From the NCBI GenBank assembly GCA_963784845.1, contig CAWASN010000007.1, forward strand, positions 1,169,200 to 1,233,199: a stretch of 64,000 bases of DNA, in the 5' to 3' direction. Of the stretch, positions 55,122-64,000 are shown piece after piece (position 1 is the stretch's first letter; each line of letters begins with the position of its first letter). The stretch comes from an uncultured Actinomycetes bacterium. Lineage in GTDB: Bacteria > Actinomycetota > Acidimicrobiia > IMCC26256 > PALSA-610. A program made the position numbers and the translations under genes. The notes under the pieces were generated by a model, which did not search any database, was not told where the DNA came from, and saw only the letters and a list, made by a program, of their open reading frames with translations.

Positions 55122-57009
55122 TCAGGGTAACGCCACGAAGCCGTCATCGGGCCCGGGTCTCGGCGGCGACGCCGAGGCGTCACGGTGCAATCGGTGGGCG
55201 CGTTCGGGCGGAGGGGACGCCGGTGACGCCGCGGCCAGGGTGGCGCGCAGCTCCGCGAGGTGGTCGCGTGGCTCGAGCCGCCTTTGCAGCAAGCCGTGCG
55301 GGGAGTGGTTCGCAACCTCTTCGATCAGTCCGAGCCAGGGTGACGGCTCGCGCTCGGCCCGCCGGGAGCCCACGGTCCGAGCGCGCGCCCAAGAGCAGTG
55401 CAGCTCGTCCTCCGCGCGGCTCAGGGCCACGTGCAGCAGCCGCCGTTCCTCGGCTCGGGCCGGAGCGGACGTGGCCCAGGAGATCGGCACCATCCCCCGT
55501 TCGAGCCCGGTGACGAACACGACCGACCACTCGAGACCTTTGGCGCGATGGAACGTGACCAGGTCCACGCCGGCCGACTCGGTCGTCGAGCCGTTGGTCG
55601 CGACGTCGAGCCAGGTCGTGAACTCGGCGACACCACCGCTGCCACCGACGGCTTCCAGGTACTCGCGTCCGAGCTCGAGCAGCATCTCGCGATGGGCGCG
55701 CGCCTCGTCGGTCTCGGATTCGGGCGTGCTCACGTCGGACTTGGGGCCCGCGGCGACGTCGGCGAGGTGCTCGGCAAACGGCCGACCCGGGGCGTTGCCC
55801 TCGGTCTCGCGGAGCTCGTCGAGCACTGCGCGGACCTGCGCGCGCGGCGAACCGCTGACCGTCGCCGATTCGGAACGGCACGCCCCGCCGGGTCAACGCG
55901 GCCTCGAACCGGGCCGACTGCGCGTTGGTGCGAAACAGCACTGCCATGCGAGGCCACGGAACCCCGGCGACGTGGTGCTCCCAGCACGCCTCGGCGATCG
56001 CACGCGCTTCCTCGTCGTCGTCGGCGTACGACACGATCGTGGGCGCGGCGCCGTCGGCGCGGACGGCCTCGGGAACCAGGCGGCTCGCACCGGCCGCCGA
56101 CCCGAGCGCGGCCTCGGCGACGGCCACGACCGATGGCGTGCTTCGGTAGTTGCGGGCCAGCACGACCGTCGTGCTTCCGGGAAAGGCGCGCTCGAATCCG
56201 ACGAGGGGAGCGGCGTCGGCGCCGGTGAACCCGTAGATCGCCTGCGCGGGATCGCCCACGACGGTCAGGTCGTCGGCGCCACCGAGCCACGCCCGCAAGA
56301 GCCGGAGCTGCAGCGGCGTCGCGTCCTGGAACTCGTCGACGAAGAAATGCCGGAAGCGCCAACGTTGCCCGGCCGCGAACTCCTCGTCGCGGGCGATGGC
56401 GTCGGCGCAGCGGCTCAGGACGTCGTCGAAGTCGATGAGGCGTCGCCGCCGCTTCTCGGCCTCGTAGCGCGCGTAGAGCGCCGAGACCTCACCGGCTCCG
56501 CGCGGCGGCCTGCGACCGGCCGCCTCGGCGGCGGCCTCGTAGCCTTCGGGAGAGACGAGGCGGGCCTTCGCCCATTCGATCTCGCCGGCGATATCGCTGA
56601 GCGCCACCGCCGGCGCTGCACCCCGCCCGCCCAGGAGGGGCGCGAGGATCCGGGCCTTGCGCTCGATGACCCGAGGTGCTTCGCGGTTGCGTTCCGCTGC
56701 ATGGCGCCGGAGCTGGCCGAGCGCGATCGCGTGGAAGGTTCCCGCCGTGATGCGGCCGTCGATGCCGAGCTTGCCCATCCGCGAGATCAGCTCGCCCGCG
56801 GCCTTGCGGGTAAAGGTGACCGCGAGCACGTGGCGAGCCTCGACGCGATCTTCGCGGCAGTGGTACGCGATCCGGCGGGTCAGCACCCGCGTCTTGCCGG
56901 AACCCGCCGGCGCGATGATCGCGAGCGGCGCGGCTTGCGACGTGACGGCCTCGAGCTGTGTCGGATCGAGGTCGTCCAGCAACGCGTCGCGCACTCTCCG
57001 ACCGTACAT
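55122..57009 (-). CDS. UvrD/PcrA-family helicase (UvrD2-like, no HRDC seen), frameshift ~55840
   Basis: APAGSGKT, VDEFQD, GDPAQAIYGF, NYRS, TFHRAKGLEW, EERRLLHVA. Confidence 0.92.
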
Positions 57010-57095
57010 ACGGCGACGGTACCCATGCGGTGTGACGCCCGCATCGACCACACGCCCGTGTCGGCCACGCGCCGGGCGACCCCGGAGAGGGTCGC

Positions 57096-57342
57096 AAACG
57101 CGGAAAGGCCCCGAGTAGTCTTCGCCGCTTTCGCAGCTCCGATCTCCTCGGGGCCTTCCTCCGGCGACGGATCTTCGGTGGCCCTCGCAGGCTTCCTCCG
57201 ACCGTGCCGGCCGTGTTCCTCGCCGCCGGGTCCCGCCCCGAAGGACGCAACCCCGTGGTTTCGGTCCACGCACCGGTGCGCACGTACGTCCGTTCCGATC
57301 CCGCAAGCAGTCTCGGAGTCCGACGCATCGGCGTCCCGGCAA
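57096..57342 (-). ncRNA. Candidate structured non-coding RNA, ~245 nt, family unknown
   Basis: Consensus-like promoter; successive hairpins capped by CUUG, UUCG, GCGA, GAAA; G-U pairs in minus orientation; long 3' stem; no credible ORF. Confidence 0.7.
57102..57159 (-). terminator. Long 3' stem, terminator-like
   Basis: GGAAGGCCCCGAG...CTCGGGGCCTTTCC followed by GCGTTT; weak U-tract. Confidence 0.55.
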
Positions 57343-57348
57343 GAGCGG

Positions 57349-57377
57349 ACACTACGACTGCGCGCACCGAGCGTCAA
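57349..57377 (-). promoter_or_regulatory. SigA/HrdB-type promoter
   Basis: TTGACG (57377-57372), 17-nt spacer, TAGTGT (57354-57349). Confidence 0.75.
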
Positions 57378-57521
57378 GAAGAATTTCAGCCTTCGCCGGG
57401 ACGTCTCGCGCAACGATGCCCGCGCGGTGCGGGAACGAAGCTCGTCGCGCCCGACGCAGTTCGCGGAGCATTCACACGTCGCGCATCGAGCGGTCGCGCC
57501 GGACGCGGTTAACTGGAAGAC

Positions 57522-58044
57522 ATGGAGATCGAGCTGGTGCGAGGTACGCCTCGACGCAAGCACGTCGAGGCGGTGCTGGTAGGTGATCGGCTGCGAGTGT
57601 CCTTCCCGCGCTGGATGACGATCGACGAAGCCCAGATCACCGCTCAAGAGCTCGCCGAGCGTATGCAGCGCCGAACGGATTCGTCGGCGATCGACATTGC
57701 CGCGCGTGCCCGCAGGCTCGCTCGGGAGCTCGGGCTTCCGCGGCCGCGCTCGCGTGCGCTGGGTCGACAACATGCGCCAGCGCTGGGGCTCCTGCACCCC
57801 CGAGGACGGCACGATCCGGGTGTCGTCGCGGCTCGCCGCGTACCCGTCGTGGGTGCTCGACTACGTGCTCGCGGACGAGCTCGCGGATCTGGTCGTGCCG
57901 CGTCACGGGCCTGAGCACGACGCGCTCGTCGACCGGTTCGACCAAGCCGAGCGGGCCCGGGGCTTCCTCATTGCCATCGACCTCGACCCCAGCGATGGCG
58001 ACGAAGACGTGCCGGTGTTGCTCGCCGGCGACGTGCGTCCCTGA
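57522..58044 (+). CDS. M48/YgjP (DUF45)-like protein with altered metal motif, frameshifted
   Basis: RRKHV, VRWVDNMRQRWGSCTP, IRVSSRL..YPSWVLDYVL-ADELADL. Confidence 0.8.
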
Positions 58045-58099
58045 TCGCACCCGGCCCGGATCCGGCCCCGAGCGCCACCGTCGCGCATAGAATTTCGGC

Positions 58100-58747
58100 G
58101 TGCCGTACCCCAAGAAGCTGCTGAACGACGGCGAAGAGGTCGCGCTCGATCTTCGCCCGCACTGGTGGTTCTTCTCCAAACACATCGCGAGCGGGATCCC
58201 GCTCTTCGTCGCGGTGATCCTCATCCTGGTGGAGACGCACGGCGACGTCGAGAAGTGGCTGTTCCTTCTGTGGGCTGTGGTCGCGGTCGCGTGGGCGGCT
58301 TGGCTCGGCCTCAAGTACCTCGAGTGGAATTTCACGCACTTCGTGGTGACCGACGACCGGGTGATCTTTCGCACCGGCGTGATGGCCAAACGTGGCGTCG
58401 AGATCCCGATGGAGCGCATCAACAACATCAACTTCCACCAGGGCGTGTGGGAGCGGGTCATCGGCGCCGGCGATCTCGACATCGAGTCGGCCGGCAAGGA
58501 AGGCCAGTCGCACTTCGACGACGTGTGGCATCCCGACGGGGTCCAGCAAGAGCTCTACCGCCAGATGGAGGCGAACGCGAAGAAACGAGCGAGCTGGTCG
58601 ACTCCGGCCGTGAACGCCGCGCCGGCGCCCGCGGCGGCGCCCACGGTCCCCGAACAGTTGCAACAGCTCGCCGATCTACGCGATCGCGGCGTGATCACGG
58701 CGGAGGAGTTCGAGACGAAGAAGGCGCAGCTGCTCGAGCGCATGTGA
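58100..58747 (+). CDS. Membrane protein with bacterial PH domain and C-terminal SHOCT
   Basis: RPHWW, 2 TM segments, VVTDDRVIFRTG, LRDRGVITAEEFETKK. Confidence 0.88.
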   Translation: MPYPKKLLNDGEEVALDLRPHWWFFSKHIASGIPLFVAVILILVETHGDVEKWLFLLWAVVAVAWAAWLGLKYLEWNFTHFVVTDDRVIFRTGVMAKRGVEIPMERINNINFHQGVWERVIGAGDLDIESAGKEGQSHFDDVWHPDGVQQELYRQMEANAKKRASWSTPAVNAAPAPAAAPTVPEQLQQLADLRDRGVITAEEFETKKAQLLERM

Positions 58748-59452
58748 GCGCGGTGAGAGTCGTCTCCCTGGTGCCCAGCGCGACCGAGACGCTGGTCGCA
58801 CTCGGAGTACGCCCGGTCGGTTGTACCCGATATTGCGATATCGGCGGCGTTCCGGTCGTCGGCGGAACCAAGACCGTCGACGTGGACGCAGTGGTCGCGC
58901 TCGTGCCGGATCTCGTGGTGGTGAACGACGAGGAGAATCGCATCGAAGACGCGCGGCGCGCTCGGCGTCGGCCGGTATCCCCCTGCACTCGATGTCACCG
59001 CGCGCGGTTGCCGAGATCGGACCGGCGGTTCGTATGCTCGCGGACGCGGTCGGTGCCGGCAGTGTGCCGGCACCGTTCGGCGAATGGGATTCGTGGATGC
59101 AACGCACGCGCCGCCCGCGCGCGCGACTGCGTTCGTCCCGATCTGGCGTCGCCCCTGGATGTCGCTCGCGGCCGACACCTACGGTTCGTCGCTGCTCGAG
59201 CTGGCCGGCATCACGAACGTCGTCGGAAGCTCGCTCGTCCGGTATCCGAGGGTTGACCTCGCCGCGGTCGACGCGGCCAAACCCGATCTTGTGCTCCTAC
59301 CCAGCGAGCCCTATGCGTTCGCGGAGCGCCACGCGGCGGAGGTGCGGGACTCGGTTTCCGGCGTACGCACGGTACTGATCGACGGGCGCGATCTGTTCTG
59401 GTGGGGGATCCGCACCCCCGCGGCCGCCGAACGACTTGCGGAGATCCTCTGA
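58744..59452 (+). CDS. Helical-backbone metal receptor (BtuF-like), frameshifted
   Basis: RVVSLVPSATE, GGTK, NDEEN, LPSEPYAF. Confidence 0.85.
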
Positions 59453-59890
59453 TGGCGCGAGTGCGCGTGCGTATCGACGATCTCGAACAAGGCGATCTCC
59501 CGGCGCTCTCGGTCAAGACCGGTGTGGCGTGCGCGAACCCGGTCGCGCTCGTGCTGCGCCCGGAGACGCGACTGCTGTCGCCGCTCGGGCGCAAGATCTC
59601 CGCGATCGTCCCGCTCGAGGCTCGGCGAGTCAGGGCCCGTCGGTCGGTGACCCGTCTCGCGTGGATCGCCCTCGTCGTCGGTTTGGCCGCCCTGGCCGCG
59701 GCGGTCTCCGGTGCTGGCTCGGCGGTCCTCCTGCTCGCCGCGTTCGCCGGCGTCGCGTACGTCGCGCTCGATCCTGCTGGGCGATCTGCGATGGGTCGGT
59801 TCGAAGCCGTCCGAGCACGACGGTGAGGTCGTGCTCACGCGTGTGCATCACGCCTTCGCTCGCGCCGTCGACGAGCAGTACGGGCGTTAG
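59452..59890 (+). CDS. Hypothetical membrane protein, frameshifted
   Basis: GDLPALSVKTG, 2 TM segments, LTRVHHAFA. Confidence 0.6.
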
Positions 59891-60306
59891 TCGCTGACCT
59901 CGGCGCAACCGAGCTCGCGCAACCGGGCGCGGATTCGGCTCGCCGCATCTTCGAGTGCTGTCGCCTCGGCCGGCCTGGCGTTGGCGAACGACAGTTGGCC
60001 CGGGTTGTCGATGGGAACGACGTGCAGATGCGTATGCGGCACCTCCTCGCCGACGATCAGCAGCCCGATTCTGCGCGGCTTCCATTCGAGATCCTGGGCT
60101 CGGCCGATGTGCTGTGCCACCGAGAACAGATGCGCGGCCAGCGTGGGTTCGACGTCGATCCAATGGTCGATCTCCTCGCGCGGCACCACCAGCGCGTGAC
60201 CGGTCATCATCGGCGCGATCGACAAGAACGCCACCGCGTGGTCGTCCTTCCACACGAAGGTGCCGGGGAGCTCTCCCGCGATGATGCGGCTGAAGATGCT
60301 CGGCAC
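59887..60306 (-). CDS. HIT family hydrolase
   Basis: SIFSRII, GHALVVPR, VPHTHLHVVP. Confidence 0.92.
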   Translation of the reverse strand: MPSIFSRIIAGELPGTFVWKDDHAVAFLSIAPMMTGHALVVPREEIDHWIDVEPTLAAHLFSVAQHIGRAQDLEWKPRRIGLLIVGEEVPHTHLHVVPIDNPGQLSFANARPAEATALEDAASRIRARLRELGCAEVSD

Positions 60307-60338
60307 GGGCGTCCTCCCTGGGTGCGGTCCTGGTCTCG

Positions 60339-61402
60339 TCAGGCAAGCAGGCCGGCGCCGTCGACGGCCCGGACGGCAAAGGGCATCGGCGTCAACCCGG
60401 TGGAGGAACGGTAGCGCGCTACGGCGTGGGCTTCGACGTCGTGGATCCCGTCGGCGGCGACCAACGCGACCGCGCATCCACCGAAGCCGGCGCCGGTCAG
60501 GCGGGCCCCGTACGCACCCGCGTCGACGAGCGCGTCGACGAGCGTGTCGAGCTCGGGCGTCGACACGCGAAAGTCGTCGCGGAGTGAAGCATGGCTTGCC
60601 GTCATGAGCTTGCCGCAGGTGTCGAGGTCGCCCGCCCCGAGCGCGGCGACGAACTCGAGCACTCGTGCGTTCTCCGAGACGACGTGGCGTGCGAAAGGAT
60701 CGCCGGCGACCTGGTGGATCGTCGCATCGCGCAGCGTCTCGACTCCGGCGCGGGTCGCGGCGGCAGCGCACGCCGCGCGCCGCTCCGTGTACGCGCTGTC
60801 CTCGAGCCGGCGGCCGATCCCCGTGTGCACCACGAGGATCGCGACGGGATCGGGAATCGCAACGTACACGACGTCGAGACTCCGGCAATCGAGCAGCATC
60901 GCGTGCCCGGCCCGCCCGAACACCGATGCCATCTGATCCATCACTCCGCACTGCACGCCGGTCGCCAGCTGTTCGGCGGACTGCGCGACGAGCGCAAGTG
61001 TGCGTCCGTCGAGGCCGAGCTCGTCGAGCTCGGCCGTCGTCATCGCCACGGCCACGGTGAAGGCCGCGCTCGGACGACAGCCCGGATCCGACGGGGATCG
61101 TCGAGGAGATCTCGGCGTCGAATCCGGTGGAGAGGTGCCCGGGTCCGGCCAGCTCGCGGAGGACCGCCGCGATCGCCCGACCCCACGGAACCGAGACCGA
61201 GGCCGGATCGGCCGAGCCGTCGGCGGGGAGGTCGACGGTTCCGGGGAACCCGTCGGAACGCGCGACCACGCGGCGAGTCGTCGCGGCGCCCGGCGCGGAC
61301 GACGACCTCGCGGTCGATCGCCGTCGGGAGACAGAATCCGTCTTGATAGTCGGTGTGGTCCCCGATCAGGTTCACCCGACCGGGAGCGCGTACGGCCGGC
61401 AT
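60339..61402 (-). CDS. galK: Galactokinase (copy 1), frameshifted
   Basis: [36 protein letters not shown]. Confidence 0.88.
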
Positions 61403-61488
61403 CTCCAGAGGCTACGGCCGGATCGCGCCCGCGAATCGCGATGGCGGAGCCACCGGTACGCTGGAGCGACACACCCTCGGGAGGGCAG

Positions 61489-62349
61489 ATGGGCCGGTTC
61501 CAGAACTCGATCGCCTTGGCGAAGTCGTCGTGGAGGGTCCTGCGCGACGACAAGCACCTCACGATGTTGCCGTTGCTGTCGCTCTTGACCACGCTGGCCG
61601 TCGGGCTCGTCGTCTTGTTGCCCATCGCTCTCATCGCCCGTGACGGCAGTGGCGGCTACTCGGGATCGAAACCACTGGTTTGGCTGCTGGGGTTCCTCGG
61701 CGCCGTGGCCCTCACGTACATCGTCGTGTTCTTCAATGCCGCACTCGTGTACGCCGCGAACAGCCGCTTCCAGAGTGAGCCCGTGTCGGTCGCCGACGCG
61801 ATCCAAGCGGCGCGGGTACGGGCGCACGTGCTCTTGCCCTGGGCGCTCGTCAGCGCGACGGTCTCGGTGATCCTGCGCGGGCTCGAACAGCGCGGCGGCA
61901 TGTTCGGCCGGATCGTGGGCAGCCTTGCGGGCGTCGCCTGGTCGGTCGTCACGTTCCTGGTCCTCCCCGTGCTCGTGTTCGAGGGCCTCGGCCCGGTCGC
62001 GGCGGTGAAGCGCTCGGCGTCCCTCTTCAAGAACACGTGGGGCGAGAACCTCATCACGAACGCGGGGATCGGGATCGTCGGCTTCGTCGCGATGCTCGTC
62101 GGCGCGGTGCCGCTCGTCCTCTTCCTCGCCATCGGTGGCCCGGTTGCCGTGCTCGGTATCGGGCTCTTCGTGGTGTGGTGCGTCGTCGTGATGTTGGTGA
62201 CGACCACCCTGACCGGCATCTTCCAAACGGCGCTGTACCGCTTCGCAACGGGAGCGCCCGTCCCCGGCTTCGAACCATCCGAGCTCGAGAGCTCGTTCCG
62301 CCCCCGCCGAGAGAATCACGGGCGGGGACTCTTCGGCACTCAGAACTAG
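61489..62349 (+). CDS. DUF6159-like membrane protein
   Basis: SWRVLRDDK, FFNAALV, AVKRSA..TWGE. Confidence 0.75.
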   Translation: MGRFQNSIALAKSSWRVLRDDKHLTMLPLLSLLTTLAVGLVVLLPIALIARDGSGGYSGSKPLVWLLGFLGAVALTYIVVFFNAALVYAANSRFQSEPVSVADAIQAARVRAHVLLPWALVSATVSVILRGLEQRGGMFGRIVGSLAGVAWSVVTFLVLPVLVFEGLGPVAAVKRSASLFKNTWGENLITNAGIGIVGFVAMLVGAVPLVLFLAIGGPVAVLGIGLFVVWCVVVMLVTTTLTGIFQTALYRFATGAPVPGFEPSELESSFRPRRENHGRGLFGTQN

Positions 62350-63475
62350 CCGGACTCGAGGACCTTCCCGGCGCCGTCGGATGCCGCGCACCGGCCACGC
62401 CGTCGGTTCGAGGCCGGTGCGCGCGAGATAGGTCTTCGTCGCGCGCGCCGCGATCGTGCCGATCGAGTGTGCCGGTACCAGCGCCACCACACACCCACCG
62501 AATCCGGCGCCGGTGACCCGCGCGCCGATCGCTCCGGCGTCGACGAGACATTCCACCAGCACGTCGAGCTCGGGGATCGACACTTCCATGTCGTCGCGAG
62601 ACGAGGCGTGGCTCGCGAGCATGAGCGGCCCGAGCGCGTCGAAGTCACCGGATTGCAGTGCCGCCGCGAACTCGCGCACGCGCACCATCTCCGTGACGGC
62701 GTGGCGACCGCGAGGGAGGTCGCGCACCTGTTCGAAGGAGGCGTCTCGGAGCACGCGGAGCCCGAGGTGAGCCGCGACCGCCTCGCTCTCGGCCCGCCGT
62801 TGCGCGTACGGCGAGCCTTCGAGCGTGCGCGCCACTCCCGAGTGGACGACGAGCACGCCGAGGTCCGTCGGGAGGGGTACGTGCTGGACCTCGAGGGTCC
62901 GGCAGTCGATGAACACCGCGTGATCGCTGCGTCCGTGGACCGAGGTCATCTGGTCCTGGACCCCGCACGGCACGCCGGTTGCAACGTGCTCGGAGCGCTG
63001 CGCGGCCAGCGCCAGAGGAGTCCCACGGAGCTCGAGTCCGCCCGCTGTCCGCGAGCGCGAGCGCACACGCCACCTCGAATGCCGCGCTCGACGACAGGCC
63101 CGCACCCACCGGCACGGTCGAGGAGACGTCGAGGTCGGCGCCGACGGGGGCGCGGCCCATCTCGGCGAGGACACGAGCGACTCCGGCGATCGCGCGGCCC
63201 CACTCGGGACGCGTCGCCGGTGGGTCGTTGCTCCCGTCGGCGGCGATGTCGACCTGGCCGTCGAAATCGGCGGATCGCGCGACGATGCGGCCGTCAGGAC
63301 GGGTGCTTGCCTCGATGACGACGTCGCGGTCGATGGCGAGGGACACGACCCAACCCTCGTGATAGTCGACCTGACCTCCGATCAGGTTCACCCGGCCGGG
63401 CGCTCGGTAGGTTCGCCTCTGCTTCACGCGCCCCGACCCGGCACGAGGTCCGACGTTCATGCGTCTCACGGTCAT
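62346..63475 (-). CDS. galK: Galactokinase-family GHMP kinase (copy 2, divergent sugar motif), frameshifted
   Basis: [39 protein letters not shown]. Confidence 0.8.
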
Positions 63476-64000
63476 GCGTCTCGCAGGGCCCGCGCCGCGG
63501 CTTCGGGGACGACCGGGTTGGACAGTGTGCCGCTACCGACCTCGCCCGACGCGACGAAGCGGGCAACGCCGGGCGCGCGCAGCGGCGGTGCGATGTGCGC
63601 GTGCAGGTGCCATTCGTCGCCGCCGGACGCGGGTGCCTGGTGGAACCACAGGAGGTACGGAAACCGGTAGTTGCGTTCGGGCGCGGGCCAGAGCCGGTCG
63701 TAGCGGCCGAGCGCGTCTGCGAGTATCGCCGCGAGGGCGTTGCGCGCGGGCGAGTCGAGTGCGGCCAGTGAACCGTGATGGGTACGACATGCCAGGCGCA
63801 TCCCGTACGAGTAGCCCGACGCGTACGGGACCCACGCCACCCAGTCGCCGCGCGTCGTCACGATGCGCGTACCCGCCTCGATCTCGTAGGCCAGCTCCGC
63901 GCAAGTCCCGCATCCGTGCTCACGAGAGACGGCGGCTTCGCGCTCGGGCGCCGGGGGCACGAAGGGATACGCGTAGATCTGGCCGTGTGGATGATCGATG
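63472..64000 (-). CDS. galT: Galactose-1-phosphate uridylyltransferase (5' part outside the window)
   Basis: HPHGQIYAYPF, FPYLLWFHQAP, WHLH, PEAAARAL. Confidence 0.88.
   Translation of the reverse strand, partial: IDHPHGQIYAYPFVPPAPEREAAVSREHGCGTCAELAYEIEAGTRIVTTRGDWVAWVPYASGYSYGMRLACRTHHGSLAALDSPARNALAAILADALGRYDRLWPAPERNYRFPYLLWFHQAPASGGDEWHLHAHIAPPLRAPGVARFVASGEVGSGTLSNPVVPEAAARALRDA

Noticed and set aside
57096-57342. SRP RNA, RNase P, tmRNA or a whiB7 gene in this gap
   Set aside because: GGTCGGAGGAAGC only superficially resembles SRP helix 8; no GAGGAAAGTCC, no tRNA-like ends, no WhiB Cys/GVWGG pattern
54184-57582. 1132-aa plus-strand ORF and other long antisense ORFs
   Set aside because: Shadow frames of high-GC genes on the opposite strand; no motifs

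Overview
High-GC (~68-70% by eye) chromosomal window of an Actinomycetota, most likely Acidimicrobiia (mycothiol Mca, F420-dependent LLM, WS/DGAT, pervasive leaderless promoters). It holds about 65 mostly metabolic and housekeeping genes: lipid/acyl-CoA catabolism, ETF, a two-component system, ribB, purK, rmuC, xth, amt, a UvrD2-like helicase, galT and two galK. Roughly half carry apparent frameshifts, most likely uncorrected long-read indels. No tRNA, rRNA, CRISPR, IS or prophage was seen. The most striking unexplained signal is a ~245-nt, highly structured, apparently independently transcribed RNA on the minus strand at ~57096-57342. It has a TTGACG-N17-TAGTGT promoter, CUUG/UUCG/GCGA/GAAA tetraloops, a T-loop-like hairpin and a long 3' stem, and matches no family I can recognise. 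Other points of note: the neighbouring M48/YgjP-like gene has HExxH changed to DExxD; five short tandem-repeat arrays, one encoding (TAEKI)n on a RecB-like nuclease; a small glycosylation island; a divergent galK paralog coupled to galT; and a dispersed lvaABC-like gene set.
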